64,000 nt of DNA from Candidatus Lutacidiplasma silvani (GCA_022750295.1 JAKIVZ010000001.1:133651-197650), one strand, 5' to 3'; numbered from the stretch's first letter, positions 25,647 through 35,743 are shown. Translations and numbers: made by a program. Notes: a model not told the origin generated them from the sequence alone.

Positions 25647-27869
25647 TTACCCGTAGATGCCCTGGGGACCGGCGTCCTTCCGGCGGCCGGTCCGCTCGCG
25701 GGAGAGCTGCCGGGCGAAGTCCTCGTAGAACTTCAGGCTCTCCGGATCGCACGACGCGTGGGAGAGCTTCAGGGCCTCCTCAAAGTGGGCCATCGTGATC
25801 TTGTTCGCCTTCTGGTTCTCGCGGATCGCGCACAGGGCGGCCTCCCGGCAGAGGGCGGCCAGATCGCTCCCGACGTACCCCTCGGTCTTGTCGGCGAGCT
25901 CCTGGAGCCGGACGCCGTCGAGCGGCATGTCCCGGGAGTGGACTTTCAGGATCTCGAGCCGCCCCGCGGCGTTGGGGGGTTCGACGTAGAGGAGCCGGTC
26001 GAACCGGCCCGTCCGAAGGAGCGCCTCGTCGAGGATGTCCGGGCGGTTCGTCGCGGCGAGGACGACGACCCGCTCGAGGGTCTCGAGGCCGTCGATCGAC
26101 GTGAGGAGCTGGTTGACGATCCGCTCGGTGACGCCGCTCGAGTTCTGGAGCCCCCGCTTCGGGGCGATCGAGTCGATCTCGTCGATGAAGACGATCGCCG
26201 GCGACGCCTGGCGGGCCTTCTTGAAGATGACCCGGATCGCCTTTTCCGACTCGCCGACCCACTTCGACATGATCTCGGGGCCCTTGACCGAGATGAAGTT
26301 CGCCTGCGACTCGGTCGCCGCGGCCTTGGCGAGGAGCGTCTTGCCCACGCCCGGGGGGCCGTACAGGAGGATCCCCCGGGGCGGCTCGACCCCCAGGTGC
26401 TTGTAGATCCCGGGGTTCTTGATCGGCAATTCGACCGTCTCCTGGAGCGCCTGGCGGACCCGGTCGAGGCCGCCGACCTCTTCCCACCGGGTGGACGGGA
26501 TCTCGATCGCGACGTCGCGGAGGCTCGACGGCTCGACCTGCTTCAGTGCCTCCTTGAAGTCCCGCTCGGTGACCTTCATCCGCTCCAGCAGCGAGAGCGG
26601 GATCGGCTTGTCGAAGTCGATCTCGGGGAGGTAGCGCCGGAGCGCCCGCATCGCCGACTCCCGTCCGAGCGCGGCCAGGTCGGCGCCGACGAACCCGTGG
26701 CTGAGCGCGGCGAGGTCCTTCAGGATCCGGTCCCGGTCCTTCTCGGTCCCCTCGATCGGCATCCCGCGGGTGTGGATCTGGAGGATCTCGAGGCGTCCGG
26801 CGACCGTGGGGACCCCGATTTCGATCTCCCGGTCGAACCGGCCGGGGCGGCGGAGCGCCGGGTCGATCGCCTCTTCCCGGTTCGTCGCCGCGATGACGAT
26901 GACGTTCCCCCGTCCGGAGAGGCCGTCCATCAGCGTCAGGAGCTGCGCGACGACCCGGCGCTCGACCTCACCGACGACCTCGTCCCGGCGAGGGGCAATC
27001 GAGTCGAGCTCGTCGATGAAGATCACCGAGGGGGCGTTCTTCTCGGCCTCCTCGAACTTCTCGCGGAGCTCCTTCTCGCTCTCCCCGTAGTACTTGCTGA
27101 TGATCTCGGGACCCTGGATGCCGATGAAGTGGGCCCCGGCCTCGTTCGCGACCGCCTTCGCGATCAGGGTCTTCCCGGTCCCGGGGGGCCCGTACAGGAG
27201 TACTCCCTTAGGGGGGGAGATGGCGAGCCGGTCGAACAGCTCCGGGTGCTTCAGCGGGAGCTCGATCATCTCCCGGACCCGGCCGAGCTTCTCCTTGAGC
27301 CCCCCGATGTCCTCGTACGAGACCCGGGGCGCCGAGACCTCGGTCTCGGTGACCGTCTCGTCCTTGATCGTGATGAGGGTCGTCGGGCCGACCTGGACCG
27401 TCCCCTTCGGGGACGTCGTGACGACCATGAACGGGAGCGAGCCGCCCATCAGGAAGACCCCGGGAATCACGAAGACGTCGCCGCGCACGAAGGGGCGGCG
27501 GGCGAGCGCCTTCGAGACGAACTGCTCGAGGCCGGGGCCGAGGTCCATCTTGGCGGACCCGGAGTAGATGGGGGCGATCGTGATTGACTCGGCGATCGGG
27601 CAGTCGATCCGCTGGACGAGGATCCGGTCGCCGATTGAGACGCCGGCGTTCCGGCGGACGACCGCCTCGACCCGGATGAGGTTCTTCCCTTCGTCGTCGG
27701 CCTGCGCCCGGTTGACGACGGCGGCGGTGGTCTTCCGGCCCCGGATCTCGACGATGTCGCCGACCCCAACCTTCAGGCGCTGTCGGGTGCCGACGTCGAG
27801 CCGGGCGGTCCCGAGGCCGATGTCCTGCTGGAACGCCTCCGCGACCCGCAGCGTGATCGCTTCGACCAT
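25647..27869 (-). CDS. cdc48: Cdc48/VCP-like AAA+ ATPase (two AAA domains)
   Basis: The start was taken at the ATG at 27869 (MVEAITLRVAEA). Two Walker A motifs are present (GPPGTGKTLIAKAVA and GPPGVGKTLLAKAAA), with an N-terminal double-psi barrel domain. Confidence 0.92.
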   Translation of the reverse strand: MVEAITLRVAEAFQQDIGLGTARLDVGTRQRLKVGVGDIVEIRGRKTTAAVVNRAQADDEGKNLIRVEAVVRRNAGVSIGDRILVQRIDCPIAESITIAPIYSGSAKMDLGPGLEQFVSKALARRPFVRGDVFVIPGVFLMGGSLPFMVVTTSPKGTVQVGPTTLITIKDETVTETEVSAPRVSYEDIGGLKEKLGRVREMIELPLKHPELFDRLAISPPKGVLLYGPPGTGKTLIAKAVANEAGAHFIGIQGPEIISKYYGESEKELREKFEEAEKNAPSVIFIDELDSIAPRRDEVVGEVERRVVAQLLTLMDGLSGRGNVIVIAATNREEAIDPALRRPGRFDREIEIGVPTVAGRLEILQIHTRGMPIEGTEKDRDRILKDLAALSHGFVGADLAALGRESAMRALRRYLPEIDFDKPIPLSLLERMKVTERDFKEALKQVEPSSLRDVAIEIPSTRWEEVGGLDRVRQALQETVELPIKNPGIYKHLGVEPPRGILLYGPPGVGKTLLAKAAATESQANFISVKGPEIMSKWVGESEKAIRVIFKKARQASPAIVFIDEIDSIAPKRGLQNSSGVTERIVNQLLTSIDGLETLERVVVLAATNRPDILDEALLRTGRFDRLLYVEPPNAAGRLEILKVHSRDMPLDGVRLQELADKTEGYVGSDLAALCREAALCAIRENQKANKITMAHFEEALKLSHASCDPESLKFYEDFARQLSRERTGRRKDAGPQGIYG

Positions 27870-27894
27870 TCGGTGACGCCGAGGAGCCCCGGCG

Positions 27895-27903
27895 CAAAAT
27901 AAG
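27895..27903 (-). promoter_or_regulatory. TATA box (GCTTATTTTG on minus strand) for cdc48
   Basis: It lies about 27 nt upstream of the ATG at 27869. Confidence 0.45.
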
Positions 27904-27979
27904 CGCGCGCCCTCCACCCGACGAGAAAACCGTCGTCCGAGCGCGGCAAAGGAACATAACGGTCCTCGGCGTCGTACCG

Positions 27980-28903
27980 GTGATGTCAGGGCCACCGGCA
28001 GCGTCGGGGACGTTGCGGCGGCTCTTCGACGCCGCCGGATACCGCGTCGACGACCGTCCGGCCGGGCTCCGCGCGTTCCGGCCGCGGGATCGCCGGGCGG
28101 TCCTCGTCGTCCGCGCGACCCCGGCGCCGACCGACGTCGAGACCGAGTTTCCCCCCGACGCGATCCACCGGACGCTGATCTACGCCGACGACCCGAGCGA
28201 CGCGGCCAAGGCGCTCGGCGCCGAGCACGGGATGGAGGTCCTCGGGCCGACCACCCTCGGGCCCGCGCTGGGCGAGCTCCTCCTCCCTCCCCCCGAGGCG
28301 CCCGTCTCCGAGGAGATGGAGAACGCCGAGCCGGTCGAACCCCCGGCGCAGGCGATCCCCGAGGGCGAGCGGACGGTCCGTCCTCGGCTGGGCCGACGCG
28401 ACGCCGAGGCGCTCGCCGGCCTCGACGGGGTCCGGTTCAGCCTCCGCCTCATCCCGTTCTACGTCGCCCCGTACCGGGTCCGGATCCCGACGCCCCACGG
28501 GCGGCCGGGGCCGACCAGCGACCACCTCGTCGCGGTGAACGCCCTCAACGGGCAGGTCGAGATCTGGGAGGCCGGCGAACGGGAGCTCGTCAAGGAGATC
28601 GACGAACCCCACCAGCGACTCGACCCGGCGCTCACCGACGCGGAAGCCCGCCAGGTCGCCGAGTCGACGATCCGACGGCGGCATACGGTCAGCGTGGACC
28701 ACACCGAGCAGCACGGTGGGGCGATCGTCATCGAGCGCCGCAAAGTTCCCCCGGCCGCGGAAGACGTGCGGATCGGGGTCTCGGTGCTCGTCCACGTTCC
28801 CTACTGGTATGCCGAGGGGTCGGACGGCCGACTCGTCCTCGATGCGGTGACCGGGACGCGGACCGCCCCGGACGCCCCCGGGATCGACGGGGTACCGAGC
28901 TAG
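27980..28903 (+). CDS. hypothetical protein
   Basis: A 307-aa ORF with coding-like composition and no recognisable motifs. Confidence 0.4.
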   Translation: MMSGPPAASGTLRRLFDAAGYRVDDRPAGLRAFRPRDRRAVLVVRATPAPTDVETEFPPDAIHRTLIYADDPSDAAKALGAEHGMEVLGPTTLGPALGELLLPPPEAPVSEEMENAEPVEPPAQAIPEGERTVRPRLGRRDAEALAGLDGVRFSLRLIPFYVAPYRVRIPTPHGRPGPTSDHLVAVNALNGQVEIWEAGERELVKEIDEPHQRLDPALTDAEARQVAESTIRRRHTVSVDHTEQHGGAIVIERRKVPPAAEDVRIGVSVLVHVPYWYAEGSDGRLVLDAVTGTRTAPDAPGIDGVPS

Positions 28904-28939
28904 CGCTCGTCCGGACGGGCGTTCCGACCTGCGCCTTAT

Positions 28940-29737
28940 TTGGGCCACGAAATTCCCGCGCGCGTGGAAGCGGCGCGGCTCCCGGACTCCCCGTCTCCCG
29001 GGGCCGAGTCGGGCCCCGAGACGTACGACCTTCGACAGAGGATGCCCACGCTCGAGGGACCGGACCCTCGGACGATCCGGCTCGTCGCCGTGGTCGGTGG
29101 CGGCGTGCTGGTCGTCGTCGGGCTGCTCCTGCTGACGCGGTTCCCTCTGGGCGAACCGGACCCGACGTTCGGCCAGAAGGTCGTCGTGCCGGTGGCGCTT
29201 CTCGCCCTCGGGGCCAGTTTTCTCGGGATGGCGGCGTGGTCGGCCCTGTTCGCCCGGCAAGGGACCGAGCTCGTCGTCGACGACGTCCACGTCGAGCTTC
29301 GGTTCTCGCGAGGACCCCCTGCGCAGTTCCGCTGGGACGACCCGAAACTCGAGGTCCACCTCTCCCACGCCTTCGAGATCGCCCCCCACCCGAAGCCCGC
29401 GCTCGGTTGGGTGATGAGCCAGCGCGGCCGTGGCCCCCGCGTGAACGGTCCGATCTCGATCGAGGGGGGCGACGCGCTGATTCGACGCGCCCCTCGCCTC
29501 GGGCTGGAGTCGACGAACCTTCGACGCGAGTTTCGGGGCCGGGGGGGAACGTTGGCGTACGAGGTCACGATCCTGGCCCCCCCCGGAAAGGCCCACATCC
29601 CGGGCCCCGACTGGAATCCCGTCACGGTGCCCCCGGACGGAGTCGCGGCGGTGGAAGCCCCCGCCGCCGAGCCGCCCCGGAAAGGTCCCCCCGAGGCGTT
29701 TAGCCCCCGGAAACCGCCGCGCCTCCCCCATTGCTGA
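28940..29737 (+). CDS. hypothetical membrane protein (two TM helices)
   Basis: Hydrophobic segments are LVAVVGGGVLVVVGLLLL and VVPVALLALGASFLGMAAWSALF. The true start is possibly at the ATG near 29042. Confidence 0.4.
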   Translation: MGHEIPARVEAARLPDSPSPGAESGPETYDLRQRMPTLEGPDPRTIRLVAVVGGGVLVVVGLLLLTRFPLGEPDPTFGQKVVVPVALLALGASFLGMAAWSALFARQGTELVVDDVHVELRFSRGPPAQFRWDDPKLEVHLSHAFEIAPHPKPALGWVMSQRGRGPRVNGPISIEGGDALIRRAPRLGLESTNLRREFRGRGGTLAYEVTILAPPGKAHIPGPDWNPVTVPPDGVAAVEAPAAEPPRKGPPEAFSPRKPPRLPHC

Positions 29738-29870
29738 CGCGCCCTGCGAGTCGGACTTCCGCGCCCGCTCGCCTCGACCCGAGGGCGGCTCGCCGCGAAG
29801 CCCCGGCTCGCTGCGGGTCGGGACTTCTCGGCGTCGTGGTCCTACCCAAGAAGGGGAACGGTAAAGCCCC

Positions 29871-30500
29871 GTGCGGAATCCGCGACCCGTGCTCCTCGAA
29901 CAGTTCAACGTCGGTCCGTACCAGAACTTCACCTACCTCGTCGCCGAATCCGAGGGAGGCGAAGGGGTGGTGATCGACCCGTCGTTCGGGATCGAGCCGG
30001 TCCTCGCCGCCATCGACGCGAAGTCGGTGAAGGTCCGGTTCGTGCTGAACACCCACAGCCACCGCGACCACGTCGCGGGAAACGACGAGGTCCGGGCCCG
30101 GACCGGAGCGAAGGTCGTCGCCCACAAGGTCGCTCCGCTCCTCCAGGACGTCTCGGTCGTCGACGGGGACACGGTCGAGGCGGGCCGACTCAAGATCTCG
30201 GTCGTCCACACGCCCGGGCACACGAAGGACAGCGTCCTCTACATCTTCGAGGGAAACGTGGCGACCGGGGACACCCTGTTCGTGGGGGAGTGCGGGCGCA
30301 CCGACCTTCCCGGCGGGGACCCCTCGGAGATGTACGACAGCCTTCTGCACCGGGTCGTCCGGCTCGACGACGCGCTGGTGGTCCTCCCCGGGCACGACTA
30401 CGGTCCCACCCCCACGTCGACAATCGGCCGCGAGAAGAAGGAGAACTACACCCTCAAACCCCGCACGCGCGAACAGTTCCTCAAGTTCCTGAAGGAGTGA
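29871..30500 (+). CDS. metallo-beta-lactamase fold hydrolase (glyoxalase II-like)
   Basis: The HSHRDH motif (HxHxDH) and downstream HTPGHT and GHDYG metal ligands are present. Confidence 0.8.
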   Translation: MRNPRPVLLEQFNVGPYQNFTYLVAESEGGEGVVIDPSFGIEPVLAAIDAKSVKVRFVLNTHSHRDHVAGNDEVRARTGAKVVAHKVAPLLQDVSVVDGDTVEAGRLKISVVHTPGHTKDSVLYIFEGNVATGDTLFVGECGRTDLPGGDPSEMYDSLLHRVVRLDDALVVLPGHDYGPTPTSTIGREKKENYTLKPRTREQFLKFLKE

Positions 30501-30507
30501 ATCCCGG

Positions 30508-31080
30508 ATGCCGCCCATTCCAGCGCCCGAGGGCCGAACCCTCTGGATCGTCGGCGCCCGCCGGACCGCGCCGGGAAAACCGACCCGGTCCCAGCTCATC
30601 GAGACCCTGCGGACCCTCGGGAAGGCAGGACCCGAGCTGGTCGCCCTCTTCGATGCCCGGTCGATCGCAAGCGAGCGGCACATTCTCTCGGCGTGGGCCC
30701 ACCTTGGTCGGTCCCGGGCCCGGGGGGAGGAGCGGCTCCGCGACCGGGGCGCCGAGTTCGCCCTGTTCGTGGCGGGCGACGACCAGCTCCCGCGGGCCCT
30801 CCAGAAGGTCGGGTTCCAGAACGACACCGAAGCGTTCGTGGTTGTCGGGGAGCGTCCCCGACTCCCGGCGGATGTCCTCGCGTCGTTCGGACTCAAGGAG
30901 GACCCGACGGCGTATCCTCGGCCCCTCACGGCCGAGACGCTCGACCGACTTGGGATCACCTCCGACGACCGTCAGGTCGTGCCCGAGCCGGCCTGGGAAG
31001 GGCTCGTGCTGGAGCGGATCGCGATGCTCGAGTTGTCGGCCGCGCACACCCCCGGTCGCCCTGCGGCCCAAACCTCATAG
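30508..31080 (+). CDS. hypothetical protein
   Basis: A 190-aa ORF with coding-like composition. It lies directly downstream of the MBL hydrolase and upstream of tRNA-Gly. Confidence 0.45.
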   Translation: MPPIPAPEGRTLWIVGARRTAPGKPTRSQLIETLRTLGKAGPELVALFDARSIASERHILSAWAHLGRSRARGEERLRDRGAEFALFVAGDDQLPRALQKVGFQNDTEAFVVVGERPRLPADVLASFGLKEDPTAYPRPLTAETLDRLGITSDDRQVVPEPAWEGLVLERIAMLELSAAHTPGRPAAQTS

Positions 31081-31111
31081 ACCGGGCCGTGGCTGGGCCC
31101 GAGCGTCGCGT

Positions 31112-31213
31112 GCAGGCGTAATCTAGCGGTAGGATGTCAGCCTTCCAAGCTGACTACCCGGGTTCGAATCGTCGGCGGGACCCTCCGCCGGCACGGCACT
31201 CCCGGCGCCTGCA
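31112..31213 (+). tRNA. tRNA-Gly (anticodon UCC) with about 30-31 nt non-canonical intron between T-loop and 3-prime T-stem
   Basis: Acceptor GCAGGCG/CGCCTGC. D-arm ATC-TAGCGGTAG-GAT. Anticodon stem TCAGC/GCTGA with loop CTTCCAA. T-stem CCGGG, loop TTCGAAT. An inserted CGTCGGCGGGACCCTCCGCCGGCACGGCACT is then followed by CCCGG (the 3-prime T-stem), the acceptor 3-prime strand and discriminator A. CCA is not encoded. Confidence 0.6.
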
Positions 31214-31357
31214 TGCGACGAACGCAACCGGGGCGTGTCCCGATCCCCCCCGCCGAACCCACCTTCCGATGACCGGGCCGGACTCGTCGGTTTCCGGCCC
31301 CGTCGACCCTCCCGCGCGACGACCCACCTTTACCAACCGGGCCTATCTGCGCGGTAG

Positions 31358-31380
31358 TAAAGAATCGGCCGATTTTCTTT
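31358..31380 (+). terminator. possible terminator: near-palindrome AAAGAATCGG/CCGATTTTCTTT with T-run
   Basis: An inverted repeat ends in TTTTCTTT in the tRNA intergenic region. Archaeal termination uses oligo-T tracts. Confidence 0.25.
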
Positions 31381-31476
31381 AACAACGGACTGATAGAGTC
31401 CTGGTCGGGTCGACCGACCGGGAAGGGAGGGGCCCGACGGAGACGAGCCGGGGGACGGGTTCGTTGTTGGGCGGGG

Positions 31477-31482
31477 ATTTAT
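31477..31482 (+). promoter_or_regulatory. TATA-like ATTTAT upstream of tRNA-Ser
   Basis: It lies about 30 nt upstream of the mature tRNA 5-prime end. Confidence 0.4.
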
Positions 31483-31512
31483 CGCCTCGGCCGGGCGTCC
31501 GTACTTGAGCGT

Positions 31513-31596
31513 GCTGAGGTAGCCTAGCTCGGGAAGGCGCCAGCCTTGAAAGCTGGTGGCGGCGACGCCTCGGGAGTTCAAATCTCCCCCTCAGCG
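31513..31596 (+). tRNA. tRNA-Ser (anticodon UGA), type II with long variable arm
   Basis: Acceptor GCTGAGG/CCTCAGC. Anticodon stem CCAGC/GCTGG with loop CTTGAAA. The variable arm has a GGCG/CGCC stem. T-arm GGGAG-TTCAAAT-CTCCC. Discriminator G. A TATA-like ATTTAT lies about 30 nt upstream. Confidence 0.85.
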
Positions 31597-31640
31597 GTTC
31601 CGTCTCGGGCTGGCGAGCCGATTCGCTTGGCGGACGGATC

Positions 31641-32826
31641 CTACCCTGTCAGGGTTGGCATCATCCGCCTCATGAAGTCGTCGAATAACGGGACGGTGAA
31701 TTCGAGCAGGCCGTGCTCCGGACTGAACACCATTCCCTTGTTGATCAGATGAGCCCGCGTTGGCCCCATGCTGGTCACGTGGAACCCCAAGATCTCCGCC
31801 ACCCGACCGGTGGTTCGCTCGGGACCCGGGAGCTCGGCCATCGCCCGCAGGTACCTCCGTTCGCCGCGCGTCAGACGGTCGAATCGAACTCGGAAGAACC
31901 CCTCGTCGAGGCGTTGAATGACCATCGGCGTTGCGGCGTGCACCGATTCCAATCCGATTGGGGAGTCGTGGGCGCGGTTCCAGACCTGGTACGCCCACTC
32001 TTGGAGGAAGTACGGATAACCCTGGGTAAGCCGGAAGATCTCAGCCAGGGCCGCTGCGTCAATCTGAACTCCCGCGACCTGCAACGGCCGCTCGACCGCC
32101 TGCGCAGCCTCTCGGATTGGCAATGGGCCAATCGATGGATAGTCGAACAGCCGCTCGGCGTACGAACGGGCACGTCCCGCGAGCCCCGGCAACGTCGGGA
32201 GTCCCGCTCCGACGAGCACGAGGGGGAGCCCCTCTTGCTGGAGCCGATGCATTGCCATCGTCAAGGATCGCAGTTCGAGCTCCGAGAGGTACTGCATCTC
32301 GTCTATCAGGAGGGCGACTCGCGAGTCTCGCGCCGAAGCCGCCTGGGAAACGGCGACAAAGAGGTCCGCCAGATCGGCCTCCAAATTTCCGCTGTCGGCA
32401 ATCCCCGGCTCGGAGTCGAAGTCGAGATTCACGTTCAACCCCCCGTAGCTCACTCGAACCGCGGAGGCGAACGCCTTGAGCGCTCCGAGCGCCCGTCGGA
32501 CCTGAGCGTTGACGGCCGCCCCCCGATCGAGTTCCAGAAGTAAGGTCCGGAGTTGGGGCGTCAGGTTTTGGACGAGGCCCGATTGCTCGGGCGCCTCGAC
32601 CATCAGAGCATGGTATCCAGCTTCCGCCGCACGTCGCTTCACCTCGCTGAGAAGGACCGTCTTCCCGACTCCTCGGAGCCCGGTGAGCAGGATACTTTTC
32701 TCCGGCCGTCCCGCCCGGACCCGGTCGATGAGCAACTGAGCGCGCCTGAGGACGTCCTCCCTGCCGACGAGTTCGGGGGGGTAGACACCAGCTCCCGGCG
32801 AGAATGGGTTCGTGATCGGGTCCACG
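31641..32826 (-). CDS. archaeal AAA+ ATPase (Arch_ATPase/COG1672-like)
   Basis: The N-terminus FSPGAGVYPPELVGREDVL...ILLTGLRGVGKTVLL and Walker B ALLIDEMQYL are present. A GTG start at 32826 lies about 20 nt downstream of TATA ATATAC. Confidence 0.75.
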
Positions 32827-32845
32827 CCGACCGAACGCCCAGAAG

Positions 32846-32851
32846 TATATC
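32846..32851 (-). promoter_or_regulatory. TATA box (ATATAC on minus strand) for AAA+ ATPase gene
   Basis: It lies about 20 nt upstream of the GTG start at 32826. The transcript is probably leaderless. Confidence 0.4.
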
Positions 32852-33127
32852 GACTTATTCGGTAGATTCGACATAAATCGGCATAACTGCGGGCAGATCG
32901 TCCGGTCGGACACCGTACTCGGGTCCGCTTCGTAGGGCGGGGGTGGACGCGCCGGCGCCGCGCCATGGGGGCAAGCGGGAGACCGCTCACCGGGACGACG
33001 CTCGGTCCGGGGCCGACCCGCCGAAGGAGGGGGAGATATCGCCGACTAGGAGGGTAGGACCGAAATCACACTCGCCGCTCGTCTTTCGCGAACGGTTATC
33101 AATCGCGTGCCGCTCGCTCGACCTCCC

Positions 33128-35743
33128 ATGACCGAAGCGGCGGTTTCGTCGCCGCTGATGGAGCAGTACGAGGGGGCCAAGTCCCGGTATCCGGGCCACC
33201 TCGTCCTCATCCGCGTCGGCGATTTCTACGAGTCGTTCGGCGACGACGCGAAGCTCCTCGCGAAAGAGCTCGAGATCACGCTGACCGCCCGGTCTCCGGA
33301 TACGGCGGGCGACCGGATGCCGATGGCTGGCGTCCCGCATCATGCGGTCGACGGGTACCTCGGCCGACTGATCCGGAAAGGGTACAAGGTCGCGGTCTGC
33401 GACCAGGTCGAGGACGCCCGACTCGCGAAGGGCCTCGTCCGGAGAGAGGTGACCCGGGTCGTAACCCCCGGGACGGTGCTCGACGACCGGATCCTCGGTG
33501 GACCCGACCACAACTTCCTCGCGATGATCGCACTTCCCCCGGCCGGAGCCGCCGAATTCGCGGTCGTGGACGTCACGACCGGCGAGTGGTTCCGAGGGTC
33601 GGCCCCGTACGACGGCGTCGACGGGGCGATGGCCGCACTCGCGCCCTTCGGACCCCGGGAGATATTGTTCACGCCTTCCGACGAGAGTCGGTTGGGACGC
33701 TCCCTTAGGACCGGGCTCGCGGCGGAGTTCCGCGGGAGCCACATCGAAGGGGCGCCCCCGGCCCTCGCCGAGAGCGACGCGCCCGTGGCGATCGGACCGA
33801 ATCCCGGCGAAGCCGGCTTGCGCCTGGCGGCGTACCTGCGGACGGCCCAGCCGCGTCTCCTGTCGCTCCTCGCGCCGGTCGACGGGTTCGGCACCGTTCG
33901 GAGGCTGCGTCTCGACGCGAAGACCCTCCGCCATCTCGAGATCGCCCGACCGATGAACCCGGACGACCCCGAGGGGCCGACCCTCCTGTCCGCGTGGGAC
34001 GAGACCGCCACGGCGAGCGGTCGACGGACCCTCGCCTTCTGGCTCAAGCAGCCGCTCGCGGACGTCCCGGCGATCGCCGCCCGCCAGGACGTCGTGGCCT
34101 GGCTGATCGAACGGGGCGCGGCCCTGGAGCGGTGGCAGCGGGAGCTTCGCGGCGTGGGGGATCTCGCCCGGATCGCCTCTCGGCTCGTGGGCCGCCGGCT
34201 CCGTCCCCCCGAACTCGGGGCGCTCCAGGACGGCCTCGGAAAGGTCGCCCAACTCCGCTCCCGGTGCCTCGCCGAGCCCGACCGGCCGCGGCTTCTCGAA
34301 CGGCTTCTGCCCGCGCTCGAACCCCCCGCCGCCCTCACCGACCTCCTCGCCCGGGCCGTTCCCGAGGCGTTGCCCGCGACGGCCGAGAGCGACGGGCCGT
34401 TGTTCCGTGCGGGGTTCGCCGCGGCCGTCGACCGGGCCCGGATCGCCGAGGCCGATGGGCTCGCGGAGCTCGCCGCGCTCGAGCGGGCCGAGCAGGACGC
34501 GAGCGGGATCCGGAGCCTGAAGGTCGGGTACAACCAGGTGTTCGGCTACTACTTCGACGTCTCCAAGCCGAACCTCGCGAAGGTCCTCCCCCATTTCCGC
34601 CGGAAGCAGACGCTCGCCGGGGGCGAGCGGTTCACGTCGGACCGTCTCCAGGAGCTCGAGACGAAGATCTTGGCCGCCCGGACCGAGGCGGTCGACGCCG
34701 AGCGGGCGGCCTGGGAGGAGTTTCTCACGGCCGTCGAGACGCACGTCCCGGCCATCCACCGGCTGGCCCGGGCCGTTGGCGAGCTCGACGCCCTGATGGC
34801 GTTCGCGTCGGTCGCCCAGGGCCGGGGCCACGTCCGGCCCGTCGTGGACGAGGGGACGGAGCTGGTGATCCGCGAGGGGCGCCACCCGGTCCTCGACCGA
34901 ACGCTGGCCGGTCGGTTCGTGCCGAACGACACCGACCTCGACGCCGAGCGGTCTCGCCTCCTCGTGCTCACCGGCCCGAACATGTCGGGCAAGTCGACGT
35001 ACATGCGGCAGGTCGGCCTCCTCGTCGTCCTCGCGCAGGCCGGCGCGTTCGTGCCGGCGAAGTTCGCCCGGGTCGGTCTGGTGACCGGTCTCGCCACCCG
35101 GATGGGGTTCACCGACGAGATCGGCCGGGGGAAGTCGAGCTTCATGGTCGAGATGAGCGAGGTCGCGGAGATCCTTGCGAGCGCCGACGCCCGATCGCTC
35201 GTCCTCCTCGACGAGGTCGGGCGGGGAACGAGCACGTTCGACGGGCTCTCGATCGCGTGGGCGACGCTGCGGTACCTCCACGACCGGATCCGGTGCCGCA
35301 CGCTGCTCGCCACCCACTACCACCAGCTGACCGAACTCGTCGAGCGGCTCCCCTCGGCCACGAACGCCCACCTCGCCGTCCGGGACGGACCCGACGGCAT
35401 CGTGTTCCTCCACCGGCTCGTGCCGGGGAGCACCGACCGCAGCTACGGGATCCACGTCGCGAAGCTCGCGGGGCTTCCGCCCGAACTCGTCGCCGAGGCG
35501 GAGCGGTTGCTGAAGAAGCTCGAATCCGAAGGCGTGGAGCTCGGCGGCCCGGCGCGCCGGATCGCGCCGACCCGGTACACGCAGGCCATGCTGCTCCCGA
35601 CCGAGACGGCCGCACCCCCGTCGGATCCGATCGTCAACGAACTGCGGGCCCTCGACCCGGACCGGATGACGCCCGTCGAGGCGCTCGCCTGGATCCACGA
35701 GCGTCGGCGGCGACTCCCGCCGGCGGACCGAGGTCCCGCGTGA
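33128..35743 (+). CDS. mutS: DNA mismatch repair protein MutS (bacterial MutS1 type)
   Basis: The mismatch-binding N-terminus is LMEQYEGAKSRYPGHLVLIRVGDFYESFGDDA. The Walker A motif GPNMSGKSTYMRQVG and the motif THYHQLTEL are present. Confidence 0.92.
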   Translation: MTEAAVSSPLMEQYEGAKSRYPGHLVLIRVGDFYESFGDDAKLLAKELEITLTARSPDTAGDRMPMAGVPHHAVDGYLGRLIRKGYKVAVCDQVEDARLAKGLVRREVTRVVTPGTVLDDRILGGPDHNFLAMIALPPAGAAEFAVVDVTTGEWFRGSAPYDGVDGAMAALAPFGPREILFTPSDESRLGRSLRTGLAAEFRGSHIEGAPPALAESDAPVAIGPNPGEAGLRLAAYLRTAQPRLLSLLAPVDGFGTVRRLRLDAKTLRHLEIARPMNPDDPEGPTLLSAWDETATASGRRTLAFWLKQPLADVPAIAARQDVVAWLIERGAALERWQRELRGVGDLARIASRLVGRRLRPPELGALQDGLGKVAQLRSRCLAEPDRPRLLERLLPALEPPAALTDLLARAVPEALPATAESDGPLFRAGFAAAVDRARIAEADGLAELAALERAEQDASGIRSLKVGYNQVFGYYFDVSKPNLAKVLPHFRRKQTLAGGERFTSDRLQELETKILAARTEAVDAERAAWEEFLTAVETHVPAIHRLARAVGELDALMAFASVAQGRGHVRPVVDEGTELVIREGRHPVLDRTLAGRFVPNDTDLDAERSRLLVLTGPNMSGKSTYMRQVGLLVVLAQAGAFVPAKFARVGLVTGLATRMGFTDEIGRGKSSFMVEMSEVAEILASADARSLVLLDEVGRGTSTFDGLSIAWATLRYLHDRIRCRTLLATHYHQLTELVERLPSATNAHLAVRDGPDGIVFLHRLVPGSTDRSYGIHVAKLAGLPPELVAEAERLLKKLESEGVELGGPARRIAPTRYTQAMLLPTETAAPPSDPIVNELRALDPDRMTPVEALAWIHERRRRLPPADRGPA

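Noticed and set aside
30508-31080. Assigning the 190-aa ORF to a specific RNA-processing family (RNase P protein, Cgi121, DUF99)
   Set aside because: No diagnostic motif could be recognised by eye. It is left as hypothetical.
31134-31385. Small ORFs on both strands overlapping tRNA-Gly and the tRNA intergenic region
   Set aside because: They overlap a well-formed tRNA, are Arg/Pro-rich and are most likely spurious.
32987-35698. 903-aa minus-strand ORF antisense to mutS (and similar very long ORFs antisense or frameshifted to mcm, cdc48, alaS, pepA, the surface glycoprotein and the SDH operon, e.g. 4605..6950, 25473..27587, 57530..60289, 8465..10189, 21907..25431, 45497..47236)
   Set aside because: Their amino-acid composition is dominated by R, G, P, A, D and E with no motifs. 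They overlap strongly supported genes on the other strand or frame. This is typical of stop-codon-poor alternative frames in about 70% GC DNA.
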